Virus record (IMG/VR): IMGVR_UViG_3300042462_000099
Coordinates: 7,881 to 71,880 of that record
Source of the DNA: a virus
Lineage: Duplodnaviria; Caudoviricetes
DNA: 64,000 bases
Reading direction: 5' to 3' (one strand)
In this document: piece after piece, positions 31,382 to 41,390 of the stretch
Layout of the letters: every line of letters starts with the position of its first letter
Numbering within the stretch: position 1 is the stretch's first letter
Made by a program: the position numbers and the translations under genes
Notes under the pieces: generated by a model
The model's database searches: none
What the model was told of the DNA's origin: nothing
Seen by the model: only the letters and a program-made list of their open reading frames with translations

Positions 31382-33411
31382 TATTTCACCTTAATTTCGC
31401 AATAGTCTGTTGTGCAATATGCTTCACCCTGAGCCTCAAGATTATCTACACCGTCGTAAATTGCTCCAAAGTCAATGTGCTTCAATTTGCCAATATAACC
31501 ATTATACTCCTCTTCAGTAATCTGAGTATATGGTTGCTGAGGATATGTATGATTTCCCATTGGTAGGAACGAAACAGCCTTCAATTGCCCTTCGTACATA
31601 TGTAGTGCTGGAGCAACGTGCTTTGATTCTGTTTCCTTGTCAAAAGATAGTGTTACAGAAACTCCATTGTCTGACCAGTACTTCTGAGCAGTTGCAGCAA
31701 GGGCAATCTTTTCAAATAATGTTACATCCTTTTCAGAACGTTTTTGTCCTGACTTAATTGGGAAATAAACTACAGATGTATTTGCTGAGACTACGTCTTT
31801 TTCAACGTTATAATTTGCTGCCTTGAATAAATGCAGCATTGGATCTGTATCACCAAAACGGACTGCACGTAAGAAGAATTCTCCTCCAGGACCCCAGTGA
31901 ACTCCAGGAGTTGCACCAGAAAGAATTGATACTGATCCTGATGGCTTAACTGTTGTTACACGAATTGATTCACGAACACATAGCCATTCTGAATACTGGT
32001 GATCATAGTGACGGATCTTGTTATACCCTTCATCCATCCATTCACGAACTGCTGGCAAACCTTTTTGATCTGCAAATGATGCAATACCAGTAAGGGATGT
32101 ACCAATACGACGATTACGTTGCATGATACCGTTTGTTTGTGGCCAGTGTGTTGGAAGAAGAGTGACAGTCTTGCCATATAGGTAAGCAAACTTTAATGTC
32201 TTGAGGAAGTCCTCCTTAGATTCATGACGATTCAAGTGCACTTCTACAAGTGTACATAATTCATATGACTCTAATGGCTGCTCCGCACAAGGATTAAAGC
32301 CCATAACACGATAGTCTTTTCCATCTGCGGGATCTGCAAGACGACCATAATTACGAGCAACATCAAGCCAAATAAATCCTGGCTCTCCATTGTTAACAAT
32401 TAGATCAGTATATTTTTCATATTCCATTCCAACTGTTGCAGAAATTGAGTTATTTGACATCCAAGCCCAACCTGGATTTTCTGGATCAAAAGAGTTACGC
32501 TCTGGAAAAACTTCAGCATTTTTAAGATTAATAAAATCTTCGTCTCCTGCTGCTCCTAAAGCAAGAGTTGCAGAACGACGAACATTGCCAGAAACAACAC
32601 ATGTACCAATAAGGTTAATTATGTCTGTGATAGCACGAGAATCTAAGGTTTCTCCTACTCTACCGCCAATTACACGATCTACCTGTGTATGTAGTTGAAT
32701 AAGGGGTGCTGGACCGCTGGCGACCCCTCCAAAGCCTTTAATGGGTGCTCCTAGAGGTCTGATAAGGTCGTAGTTAAACTTTTGAATAGACTGATTTGGT
32801 CTTAGGTAAGAATTAAGAAGAAGTCTTACTGATTCAACCCAGCCTTCACGAGTGTCTGGAATTTCGAACACCTGTTCTGGTTCTGTTGGAGCAGAGATTA
32901 AGAAATTCTTTTCCTGTCCTACTGTATCAAACCCTACTCCGATACCAAGCATCAAAGCATCCATTACCCAAGCAAACAAGGCTCCTGGATCATTCTTATC
33001 AAGGTCCTTTGTAGAAACCATTGCACAGTTTTGGAGTGCTGCTGAGTTCTTCTTCTCCATTGTCATTGGTGTACCAAAAGTCCACATACCTCTTCCTGGT
33101 GGTGTCCACTTTAGTTCAAACATTCTTTGGAATGCTTCTTGTGCAGACTTCTGAGCCTTGTAGTCATTCCATGGTAGACGGTTTTCTTTAGCATGGTTCT
33201 TTTGAACTGAATACATACCCTCGATTACACGACGACAAACTTCGTGCCATCTTTCCTTAGTTCCATCTTCTTTCATGCGAGAATACGTACGAATAAAAGT
33301 AATTTCTCCAAGTGAATTTTCTGCTGCATCCTTAAACCCGAATGGGCTTTCTTGGCTCTTGTACTTTTCTACGAAGTCCTCTGGAAGTTTAAAACTAAAA
33401 AAATCTGACAT
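31381..33411 (-). CDS. nrdJ: class II (adenosylcobalamin-dependent) ribonucleotide reductase, monomeric RTPR-like
   Basis: PPGRG, NPCAEQ, CTLVE, TVKPSGSVS motifs and C-terminal CTTDYC redox pair; no beta-subunit gene nearby. Confidence 0.93.
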   Translation of the reverse strand: MSDFFSFKLPEDFVEKYKSQESPFGFKDAAENSLGEITFIRTYSRMKEDGTKERWHEVCRRVIEGMYSVQKNHAKENRLPWNDYKAQKSAQEAFQRMFELKWTPPGRGMWTFGTPMTMEKKNSAALQNCAMVSTKDLDKNDPGALFAWVMDALMLGIGVGFDTVGQEKNFLISAPTEPEQVFEIPDTREGWVESVRLLLNSYLRPNQSIQKFNYDLIRPLGAPIKGFGGVASGPAPLIQLHTQVDRVIGGRVGETLDSRAITDIINLIGTCVVSGNVRRSATLALGAAGDEDFINLKNAEVFPERNSFDPENPGWAWMSNNSISATVGMEYEKYTDLIVNNGEPGFIWLDVARNYGRLADPADGKDYRVMGFNPCAEQPLESYELCTLVEVHLNRHESKEDFLKTLKFAYLYGKTVTLLPTHWPQTNGIMQRNRRIGTSLTGIASFADQKGLPAVREWMDEGYNKIRHYDHQYSEWLCVRESIRVTTVKPSGSVSILSGATPGVHWGPGGEFFLRAVRFGDTDPMLHLFKAANYNVEKDVVSANTSVVYFPIKSGQKRSEKDVTLFEKIALAATAQKYWSDNGVSVTLSFDKETESKHVAPALHMYEGQLKAVSFLPMGNHTYPQQPYTQITEEEYNGYIGKLKHIDFGAIYDGVDNLEAQGEAYCTTDYCEIKVK

Positions 33412-33499
33412 TTGTATCGTCCTTTCAAAAACGGATTAAGGTTTAAGTATACCAGAGTTTTATAAAAAGCAAAACTCTACCTTAATGTGTAGTTGAGAG

Positions 33500-33634
33500 T
33501 TAAGAAAAACTCATACCTCTATCATGAGAAATAGGAAAACATCTTTCACAATAAGACTTTGATGCACTTGTAACTGGACAAGATTTAGTAACAACCTTGT
33601 GACCAAAAACAAAACATAAAATCTTTTTAGATAT
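33500..33634 (-). CDS. small Cys/His protein (DUF1660-like) with ATA at the start position
   Basis: Manual translation ISKKILCFVFGHKVVTKSCP...YCERCF...; first codon ATA overlaps the upstream TAA. Confidence 0.5.
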   Translation of the reverse strand: MSKKILCFVFGHKVVTKSCPVTSASKSYCERCFPISHDRGMSFS

Positions 33635-34305
33635 TAAAGTTCTACCCATAGTGAATCTACGCCAAGACTTTTTGGACAAATATCATATGCAATAGTGATT
33701 CTGCTTTTTTCACTCCACCATAAATCTCTTGTATGAGGGTGACCAGTTTCTGAAACAATTGCTCTATTGTTAATATTAACATTGTCAAAATCTTTAACTC
33801 TATCAATTTGATAAAAAGTTACAGATGGTTCTGCATTGACACAGTAGTAACCATGAAAAACTGGAGCGCCTTGTCCACCCATATGGTCATGAAGATTCAT
33901 CTTTACAGAAGACTTATCTGGATTAGCAGCAAGCCATTGCTCTTTAGTTCCAGGAAGCATTTTCTTGTCAAGGTTGTACCAACCCTTAATCGCATAGTTC
34001 TGCTCATTAAAATCAATACCGTAGTAAGCAGATGCCTCAAAGACCAAGTCTCTCAGGGTGTCTTTTAGTTTATCTAATCCTGGGTGACTATATGTGTTTT
34101 TATCAAATATATTATAGTGATGAGCCAGTTGTGTCGAAGGCCCATGATCTTCATCTACTCCAACTAGTTCTTCTTTTGGAATAAAATCTCTTTGTCCTGC
34201 AACCATCTTTTTTTGATCATCAGCAAGGTAATCAAATAAAGAATCTAAATCATTATCAATAATCTTATCAAAAAACTTATGTGGTGGTTTAGACATTGCT
34301 ATCAT
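33634..34305 (-). CDS. putative 2OG-Fe(II) oxygenase (TIGR02466-like)
   Basis: GWYN...HDH...GYYCV...HPH...RITIAYD; ATGA overlap with upstream paralog. Confidence 0.78.
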   Translation of the reverse strand: MIAMSKPPHKFFDKIIDNDLDSLFDYLADDQKKMVAGQRDFIPKEELVGVDEDHGPSTQLAHHYNIFDKNTYSHPGLDKLKDTLRDLVFEASAYYGIDFNEQNYAIKGWYNLDKKMLPGTKEQWLAANPDKSSVKMNLHDHMGGQGAPVFHGYYCVNAEPSVTFYQIDRVKDFDNVNINNRAIVSETGHPHTRDLWWSEKSRITIAYDICPKSLGVDSLWVEL

Positions 34306-34964
34306 GATAATGGGATCCAATGCTGCTCTTGGCCCATACCGTGAGTAATTAGGTCTCTTAGTGGAATAACATCATATGCAACAGTAATTCTTGGACCTTC
34401 CCAGTCCCAGTCAGCCATAGCATGTGGGTGACCCATTTCAGAAAGAATTGCCCTATTGTCAATGTTAACATTTTCAACATTCTTATCAAATACACGATAG
34501 TGTGTTGTAGATGGAGCAGCCTTTACACAATAGTATCCATGGAAGTTTGGGGCACCTTCTGGACCATGATCGTGCCAGTCTAGTTTTCCTTTACCTTTGT
34601 TGGTAATGTTAAACCATCCTTGAAGCATATATTGGTTTGCATTAAAATCAACACCATAATAGTCACATGCTTCTTTTGTCATATCGCCAATTGCCTTGTA
34701 TAGGCTATAAAGTTCTTTACTGTGAAATTGGAAAACATTATATTGTCTCCACTTCATTGTTGAAACACTGTTTGACTGCTTCCATATTTCATTTTCTCCA
34801 ACTGGAGTTACGCCAATAATTTCTGCTTTTTGAATTTTAGTATATCGATCTTGAAGATCTGCTGACAACTTGTTTAAATCATTACCAAGAAATCTCTCAA
34901 AAAACCTATGAGGTTGTGGAGACCTGCTTGTACTTTCCACCATCGGTGGGTAGTTTGAATTCAT
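34302..34964 (-). CDS. putative 2OG-Fe(II) oxygenase (TIGR02466-like), tandem paralog
   Basis: GWFN...WHDH...GYYCV...HPH...RITVAYD. Confidence 0.78.
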   Translation of the reverse strand: MNSNYPPMVESTSRSPQPHRFFERFLGNDLNKLSADLQDRYTKIQKAEIIGVTPVGENEIWKQSNSVSTMKWRQYNVFQFHSKELYSLYKAIGDMTKEACDYYGVDFNANQYMLQGWFNITNKGKGKLDWHDHGPEGAPNFHGYYCVKAAPSTTHYRVFDKNVENVNIDNRAILSEMGHPHAMADWDWEGPRITVAYDVIPLRDLITHGMGQEQHWIPLS

Positions 34965-35005
34965 ATTTTTCCCCTATTCAACTAGTAAATAAAGTATATC
35001 ACATG

Positions 35006-36574
35006 CTACGCTTGTGGTGTTTGAGTCTGGTCGTACCAGTCTTTACCATCATGTGTAAGCGAGTGCTCGGTGAAGAATATGTCATAAGGCTCACAGTTAA
35101 CTGTAATAACATTTACTGGGAACTCAAGAGTTTCAAGTTCAGTAACAGGTGCCCATGCTCCTAGAGAGTAATCCCAAACCATATCTGTTTGAACTATATT
35201 TTTAGCCCATTCAAATGTTGAAACTCCTTCTCTTTGTACAAGAATTAAGTGGCTTGGAGAGAATGCATCTCCATTTAGTCTAATTGTTGTATCTGTAGCA
35301 TGTGTATCTATCTTGTTAATTGTTGTTACAACTTCTTCTGCTGAAGACAGATCAAACTCACTAGACCAATCGTAGATTGTTGCTGTCTGTGTATCTGAAA
35401 GTCCTGGAAGAGATATAGACTTTAGTTGATCGCCAACATTAAGGTCTTGTGCTTCTTTAAGAGTTCCGTCAGACATTCTGACCTTAGTCTTAGGTCCAAG
35501 AGAGTAGTATCCTGGGCCACGTGCTGGTGAGAATCCAAAGACACCGAATGGTGAGAATCCAAAGACACCGAATGGTGAGAATCCAAAGACACCGAATGGT
35601 GAGAATCCAAATACTGAGAATGGTGAGAATGGTGAGAATCCGAAGACACCGAATGGTGAGAATCCAAATACGTAGAAAGGAGTAAATGTAAACACTGAAA
35701 ATGGTGCTACAGGTGCAAACGTAAATACGCTAAATGGAATAAATGAGAATACTCCGAATGGGGCAAACGAAAACACTCCGAATGGAGTAAACGAGAACAC
35801 TGGAGCAAATGAGAATACGCCAAACGGTGTAAACGAGAATACTCCGAATGGAGCAAATGAGAATACGCCAAACGGTGTAAACGAGAATACTGGTGTAAAC
35901 GAGAACACTCCAAATGGAGTAAACGAGAATACTCCGAATGGAGTAAACGAGAATGTCTGAACAGAAGCAGAAGCGGTAGAAAGTTCTGACCATCCCTTTG
36001 AGTTATAGGCACGAACACGATATGTCTGTGATGTTCCTGCTTCTTGGTTTACGTTTATTGATGTTCCAGAAGTATAAACTGTCTTTCCATCTGATGATGT
36101 AATTTCATAGTTTGTTATTGCTGCTCCGCCATTATCTGCAGGGGCTAACCAAGATACGCTATCATAGGCTGCTCCAGTTGGTGAAGATGCTGTTACTGCT
36201 GTTGGAGCATCTGGAACTGTAATAGACTCAAATGATCCACCAACAAGTTCAGAAGAGTCTCCATAAGATGCGTGAACTGCTTTTATTTTCCAAGTGTAGT
36301 TTGTACCACCACGAAGTCCAGTTGCTATAAATGGTGAAGATGTTACCCCAGCAAATGTTTTAGTTCCATAAGATGCACTGGTTGCTGTAATGGTGTAAGA
36401 TGTTGGGGTTGCACCGTAGGTTGGGGGTGTAAATGTAATTGTAAACTGACCACTAAAATATGTAAAACCAGAGTTAACTACAGAAACAATTGTTGGTTCT
36501 GTTGGGCTAATCGACTGATATCTTGGAACAGCCTTTGACTGCTTTCCTGCTTTACCACCTTTACGAATTGGCAT
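35006..36574 (-). CDS. 2xFN3 - Phe-rich repeat - Hint domain protein
   Basis: FN3 motifs (VSWLAPADNGGAAITNY, YRVRAYNSKGWS); about 18 FxFxP(FGV) units; Hint motifs SLGPKTKVRMSDG..KEAQDLNVGD, SPSH, VNCEPYDIFF..LTHD. Confidence 0.85.
   Translation of the reverse strand: MPIRKGGKAGKQSKAVPRYQSISPTEPTIVSVVNSGFTYFSGQFTITFTPPTYGATPTSYTITATSASYGTKTFAGVTSSPFIATGLRGGTNYTWKIKAVHASYGDSSELVGGSFESITVPDAPTAVTASSPTGAAYDSVSWLAPADNGGAAITNYEITSSDGKTVYTSGTSINVNQEAGTSQTYRVRAYNSKGWSELSTASASVQTFSFTPFGVFSFTPFGVFSFTPVFSFTPFGVFSFAPFGVFSFTPFGVFSFAPVFSFTPFGVFSFAPFGVFSFIPFSVFTFAPVAPFSVFTFTPFYVFGFSPFGVFGFSPFSPFSVFGFSPFGVFGFSPFGVFGFSPFGVFGFSPARGPGYYSLGPKTKVRMSDGTLKEAQDLNVGDQLKSISLPGLSDTQTATIYDWSSEFDLSSAEEVVTTINKIDTHATDTTIRLNGDAFSPSHLILVQREGVSTFEWAKNIVQTDMVWDYSLGAWAPVTELETLEFPVNVITVNCEPYDIFFTEHSLTHDGKDWYDQTQTPQA
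35527..35956 (-). repeat. coding tandem repeat (mostly 24-nt units) encoding F[SGT]F[TSA]P(FGV)
   Basis: Direct reading, e.g. GGTGAGAATCCAAAGACACCGAAT x3 at 35526-35597. Confidence 0.92.
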
Positions 36575-36604
36575 TTATTTCCCCTTTTCCTATTTGTATT
36601 TTAA

Positions 36605-38554
36605 TTATGCTGTTAGATCGCCTGAAAGAATCCAGATATTAGTATCACGCTTTGTTAGCGTTCCACCTGAGTACTGAGCACGAAGTTTTAGTCCTGGTGT
36701 ACGATAAATTGTTACTCCTGCTCCCTCTGCAATTGTTGTCTGGCCTGTTCCCTTTTGGAAAACGTCAACAGATGTTCCTATTGGAAAGGCCACTGAAGAG
36801 TTTGGTGGAACAGTTATGCTTGTTGGGCTTGAACTGTTTGTTTCAACAACATTTGTTGCATCAGATAGAGCAAGTGTATAACTTGTTGTCTGTGTATTAA
36901 ATGATGACAGTGTTGCTGAATCAAGTTCAGTCTTACTTGCCTTAAGAGCAAGAGCATTTGTAATTGTAGTTGAGAAGTTTGCATCGCTACCCAGCGCTGT
37001 TGCTAACTCGTTTAATGTATTGAGAGTTCCAGGTGCTGAAGCGACTAATGCTGCAATTGCTGAGTCAGCATATGCTGTTGTTGCTATCTGAGTATTATTT
37101 GTTCCTGCTGCTGCTGTTGGGGCAGTTGGTACACCAGTAAGTGCTGGTGATGCAACTGATGCCTTCAAAGCATCTGCAGTATCTACATATGTTTTAGTAG
37201 CCAAGGCTGCTGTATCAGCAATTCCGTGGATATCTGTAGTGTCTGTAGCATGTGATGACAATGCTGAATCAGAGTATGTTTTAGTAGCAAGTGCTGATGT
37301 ATCAGCAATTCCATGAACGTTTGTTGTATCATCGTTGTGCGCTGTTAGTGCTGTTCCTGCTGCAGTTGCTGCTGCAGCAATAGCGTCTGCTTCTGCTGTA
37401 TCAGCGTATGACTTTGTAGCAAGAAGTGAAGTATCTGCAATTCCATGAACATCAGTTGTACTTGTGTTATGAGATCCTACTGCTGAATCAGCGTATGTCT
37501 TTGTAGCAAGGGCTGTTGTATCAGCAATACCATGAACATCAGTTGTATCTGATCCGTGAGCAAGAACTGCTGCATCTGCCTTAGCCTGTGCTCCAGAAGA
37601 TGTTTCAAGAACTGAGGTATCAGCAATTCCATGAACATTTGTTGTATCTGCTGAGTGTGTTCCAAGAGCAGTAGTTGCAGCGGTATCTGCTGCTGAAATA
37701 GCCTCTGACTTTGCAGTTGCTACATTTGCTGTAGTTGCAAGAAGTGCTGTGTCAGCAATTCCATGAACATTTGTTGTATCTGTAGCATGTGTTCCAATTG
37801 CTGTATCTGTATAAGATGCTGCTGTAGTTGTTGCTGCTGTCTCTGCAGCATCTGCTGCTGAATCGGCATAAGCCTTTGTAGAAAGAAGTGCTGTGTCAGC
37901 AATTCCATGAACATTTGTTGTGTCTGCTGAGTGTAAACCAATAGATGTCTCTATTTCAGTTGCAACATAAGCGTTTCTAGAAGTTGTCATGCTTGTTTCT
38001 GATGCTGTAATTGCATCATTTACTGACGTATTTGTTGCAAGAACGGTTGTGTCTGCAATTCCATGAATGTTAGTTGTATCTGCGCTATAAGTTGTAAGTG
38101 CTGCTGAGATTGCATCGTTTACTGATGAATTTGTTGCAAGTACAGTGGTATCTGCAATACCATGAACGTTTGTTGTATCTCCATTGTGTGTAGTGATTGC
38201 ATCAGAGACTACATCTCCGATCATTTCTACTGCAGAAGCGAGTTCTCCAAGAGTATCCAATGCTGCTGGAGCATTTGTGATAAGGGAGCCTAGTTGGGAG
38301 ATAGGAATTTGTCCTGAGCCATTAAGTGTGGCAACACCACCAGGCTGTGCCTTTTCTGAGTCTAGTATGAAACCTGAAGTGTCGAGGTCTCCAAAATCTT
38401 TAAAATATGATAGGGCAGACCATGAGTTGGTTCCGTCGCCCATCTTGAACATGCCTGAATCGGTTTCAAAACCAATTTCACCTGCTGCTAATACTGGGTT
38501 TGCTGCAGTCCATTGTGACGCAGTACCTCTACGCTGTTGCATTCTAGTTGCCAT
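36605..38554 (-). CDS. tail fibre with Mtd-like N-terminus, nine HxxDTTxxHGIADT repeats and C-terminal adaptor domain
   Basis: QQRRGTASQWTAANPVLAAGEIGFETD..KMGDG; SPALTGVPTAPT; APGTLNTLNELA; ends WILSGDLTA. Confidence 0.85.
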   Translation of the reverse strand: MATRMQQRRGTASQWTAANPVLAAGEIGFETDSGMFKMGDGTNSWSALSYFKDFGDLDTSGFILDSEKAQPGGVATLNGSGQIPISQLGSLITNAPAALDTLGELASAVEMIGDVVSDAITTHNGDTTNVHGIADTTVLATNSSVNDAISAALTTYSADTTNIHGIADTTVLATNTSVNDAITASETSMTTSRNAYVATEIETSIGLHSADTTNVHGIADTALLSTKAYADSAADAAETAATTTAASYTDTAIGTHATDTTNVHGIADTALLATTANVATAKSEAISAADTAATTALGTHSADTTNVHGIADTSVLETSSGAQAKADAAVLAHGSDTTDVHGIADTTALATKTYADSAVGSHNTSTTDVHGIADTSLLATKSYADTAEADAIAAAATAAGTALTAHNDDTTNVHGIADTSALATKTYSDSALSSHATDTTDIHGIADTAALATKTYVDTADALKASVASPALTGVPTAPTAAAGTNNTQIATTAYADSAIAALVASAPGTLNTLNELATALGSDANFSTTITNALALKASKTELDSATLSSFNTQTTSYTLALSDATNVVETNSSSPTSITVPPNSSVAFPIGTSVDVFQKGTGQTTIAEGAGVTIYRTPGLKLRAQYSGGTLTKRDTNIWILSGDLTA

Positions 38555-38607
38555 TTATATCTCCTTATGGGTGCTGCCCATTATTCTCTTATTATAACAT
38601 CAATTTA

Positions 38608-39057
38608 TTAGTTGAAGTTATCTACTGCACTACCGCCATCGAATACTACTGTCCAAGTTGTATCACTTGGTCCACCAGCATCCAAACCTACACCCAATGG
38701 GCTATTAAAAGTTCCAGCATTATAGAACTGCGAAACAATGAAACCTGTTCCATCAATTGCAGTATCGTGAATGTGCTCTGGAAGTGTGTTTGTATCATCA
38801 ATAGTTGCTTGGGTATACCAAGAACCGTTGTAATAAAAATTAATTCTACTTGTTAAAGTGTCTAACCACTGTGTTCCATTAGTTGGTGAAGAAGGAGGAG
38901 TTGGGCCTACTGCCATTGAATGACTATCAACATACTCCTTAGTTGCTGCATGTGACGCTGTTGTAGGTGTTCCTACTGTCACTGCATCTCCAAATGTACC
39001 GCCGTTTGCTACGACTAATCCATTTTTGACTCTAAAGTCTTTGTCAACTGTTGTCAT
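38608..39057 (-). CDS. short fibre/virion protein
   Basis: KDFRVKNGL N-terminus shared with 39093..40904; AATKEYVD fibre motif. Confidence 0.7.
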   Translation of the reverse strand: MTTVDKDFRVKNGLVVANGGTFGDAVTVGTPTTASHAATKEYVDSHSMAVGPTPPSSPTNGTQWLDTLTSRINFYYNGSWYTQATIDDTNTLPEHIHDTAIDGTGFIVSQFYNAGTFNSPLGVGLDAGGPSDTTWTVVFDGGSAVDNFN

Positions 39058-39092
39058 TTACTGCTCCCTCTTCCAACTATTTTTATTTTTTA

Positions 39093-40904
39093 TTACGCTA
39101 CTAATGTTCCGACAACAGTTACTACTGAAGTGTTGTTGGCGGTTGTTACTAGAAGTTGTACATTTGCTCCTGAGATACCTGCAGAAATTGCTGATGCTGA
39201 ACCGTTAGTTCCAACAATTCCATACTCTGTGATTGCAACGTTATCGTTGGCATCAAGTGTTAAAAGTACCTTTGAGATTTCTGTGTGATCTCCATAGGCA
39301 ACCTTTACAAGATATTCTGCTGAGCGATAATCAGCCTTTGCAAAGGCATGTGCTACCTGAACTCCTGCTGTTGCTGCTTCAAGAGTTGCTGCAACCTGCT
39401 TAGCAACTGAGTTTAACTCAACTGCTGTAAAGTTTGGAACAACTGCTTCAAGAGCATCTACTGCTCTTTGTGCTGTGAAGTACTTATTTGTTGAACCTTC
39501 TGTCAGATCATTAGTTGTAGAATCTGCTACACCATTTTCTGCTGAAATTGTAAGACCATTTTCGTCACCAGTAATAGTGATGTTTGTCTTTGTAGCACCA
39601 ACAATGAGTGCTGCTGCTGCAGTCTTAGCACGAGTATCTGTGAAGTAGAGACTTCCTGATTCTGCTACATCAGAAGTAACAAGTGCGTCTGCGTGATCGA
39701 TTGCTGCTTGCTGTGCAAGACCAATTTCTGTGCTTGTCTTGTATGCTGACCAAACTTCTGTTGAAGAAGATGATGCATCATTGATCAAGTCATCTGCATA
39801 GTCCTTAGCATCTTGCTCTGCTGTATCAGCATATGACTGGTAAGCAGTTGTGATTGCTGTCTCACGGTCATTTGTGTAAGAATTTGCTGATGTTACTGCA
39901 TCTGATTCGGCTGTATCAACATACTGCTTTGTTGCTGCGTCTGTATTTGCTGTAGGTGTTCCAAGACCAGTAATCTTGTTTGATCCCATTGCAATTTCGC
40001 CAGTCATTGATCCGCCAGCAAGTGGAAGTTTGTTTCCAATTGATACTGCAAGGCCTGCAGCATCTACGTTATCGCCAAGTGCTTCAGCAAGTTCGTTAAG
40101 TGTATCTAATGCTGCTGGTGCTGAATCTACAAGATCAGCAACTGCTTGAGAGATTCTTGCTGCAACTGTGTTTCCACCAGTTCCATCAATTGTTGCATCT
40201 CCAATAAGAAGATCTGTGTATGCTTCGTAAGCAGTTGTAATTAACCCTTCACGAGTATCTGTATAAGCCTTAGCATCTACTTCTGCTTGGTCTGCATAGC
40301 CTTGTGTTGCAAGAACATCTGCACCCCACTTGACAGAAGAACCTGCTGCTGGAGTAAGAACGATATGAGAATCAGAGTTGATTGTCATTGCTCCTGCGCC
40401 AGTGAAGTTAAGTGTATCTCCAATAGTCTTATTTGTTAATGTTTGTGTGTTGGTTGTTCCAACTACCGCACCAGTTGCACCGTGTGCTTCTGTTAGGTTA
40501 GAGTGTGCTGTAAGGGCTGCTGCTGCATCAGTTGCGGCTTGTGCTGCTGCACCAATCGTGTCCCAAAGACCAGTGTTAGCAGTTACTGCTCTCTGATCAG
40601 TAAAGTACTTGTTTGTACCTTCTGTAAGATCACCTGTAGTATGATTTGAAATATCTGATACTTGACCAGTTACATCACCAGTTAAATCTGCTGTAATTGT
40701 TCCTGCAGCAAAGTTACCATTAGCATCACGCTTTACAACCTTGTTTGCTTCGTTAGCAGATGTTGCTGTACCACCGATAAGATCAATAATATAATTTTGA
40801 TCTGCTGTTTTCTTTGTAAGAACGTCAAAATTGTTAACTGTCGCTGTTGTACCTTCAACAATGAGACCACTCTTAATTTTAAAATCTTTATTTACTGTTG
40901 CCAT
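39093..40904 (-). CDS. tail fibre-like protein
   Basis: EGTNKYFT repeats, APAALDTLNELA, KITGLGTPTANTDAATKQYVD motifs. Confidence 0.8.
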   Translation of the reverse strand: MATVNKDFKIKSGLIVEGTTATVNNFDVLTKKTADQNYIIDLIGGTATSANEANKVVKRDANGNFAAGTITADLTGDVTGQVSDISNHTTGDLTEGTNKYFTDQRAVTANTGLWDTIGAAAQAATDAAAALTAHSNLTEAHGATGAVVGTTNTQTLTNKTIGDTLNFTGAGAMTINSDSHIVLTPAAGSSVKWGADVLATQGYADQAEVDAKAYTDTREGLITTAYEAYTDLLIGDATIDGTGGNTVAARISQAVADLVDSAPAALDTLNELAEALGDNVDAAGLAVSIGNKLPLAGGSMTGEIAMGSNKITGLGTPTANTDAATKQYVDTAESDAVTSANSYTNDRETAITTAYQSYADTAEQDAKDYADDLINDASSSSTEVWSAYKTSTEIGLAQQAAIDHADALVTSDVAESGSLYFTDTRAKTAAAALIVGATKTNITITGDENGLTISAENGVADSTTNDLTEGSTNKYFTAQRAVDALEAVVPNFTAVELNSVAKQVAATLEAATAGVQVAHAFAKADYRSAEYLVKVAYGDHTEISKVLLTLDANDNVAITEYGIVGTNGSASAISAGISGANVQLLVTTANNTSVVTVVGTLVA

Positions 40905-40922
40905 TTTTTATATCTCCTTTTA

Positions 40923-41369
40923 TTATGCCTTAAGTCCCATACGAGCATATCGTACAGTGACTGGCTTGATCGCAGGATCTGGAGTGACTGTTAAGGCCAC
41001 GGTATTTCCAGTGCGAGAGACATTAATGGTGCCAATATTCCCATCATTGTCGATTGTTCCATACTCACTGACAGAAACACCGTCTCCGTCAACAAGAATT
41101 GTCATTTCAGTTGCGTAGAACTTGTTGTCCCCTGCTGTGGTCTTTGATATTGAAACAATATACTTAACCATACGCCAAACTGTAGCATCAAAGTTATCAA
41201 TAACAGTTACGTTCTCAATTCCATTGACTGTGTTTTCATTGTTACCTGCTGATCCTAAATCTGTTGATTGAGAAACAAGGGTATCGATTAAATCTTCATA
41301 GTTTTCTTGAGTAGGTCTATCACCTGTTTGAAATAGACTTTTAACTCCTGGGACTGATATCTTTGCCAT
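40923..41369 (-). CDS. virion protein; C-terminal domain paralogous to that of 39093..40904
   Basis: FQTGDRPTQENYEDLID; WRMVKYIV...EYGTI vs YRSAEYLV...EYGIV. Confidence 0.7.
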   Translation of the reverse strand: MAKISVPGVKSLFQTGDRPTQENYEDLIDTLVSQSTDLGSAGNNENTVNGIENVTVIDNFDATVWRMVKYIVSISKTTAGDNKFYATEMTILVDGDGVSVSEYGTIDNDGNIGTINVSRTGNTVALTVTPDPAIKPVTVRYARMGLKA

Positions 41370-41390
41370 ACTGAGATTATATCATGGATT

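Noticed and set aside
33412-33500. NrdR box or cobalamin riboswitch upstream of nrdJ
   Set aside because: Only a -10 element and an AGAGTTTT/AAAACTCT hairpin are visible; the gap is too short and no consensus match was seen.
35006-35505. Canonical splicing intein
   Set aside because: Ends His-Asp-Gly rather than His-Asn-Cys/Ser/Thr, with no endonuclease and almost no C-extein.
35527-35956. 24-nt tandem repeats as a CRISPR array
   Set aside because: No unique spacers, unit lengths are multiples of three, they encode the FxFxP peptide in frame, and no cas genes are present.
35422-36018. Alternative-frame repetitive ORFs (HHSVSLDS, YSRLLHSE, ILVYSIRS)
   Set aside because: Simply the other reading frames of the same coding repeat.
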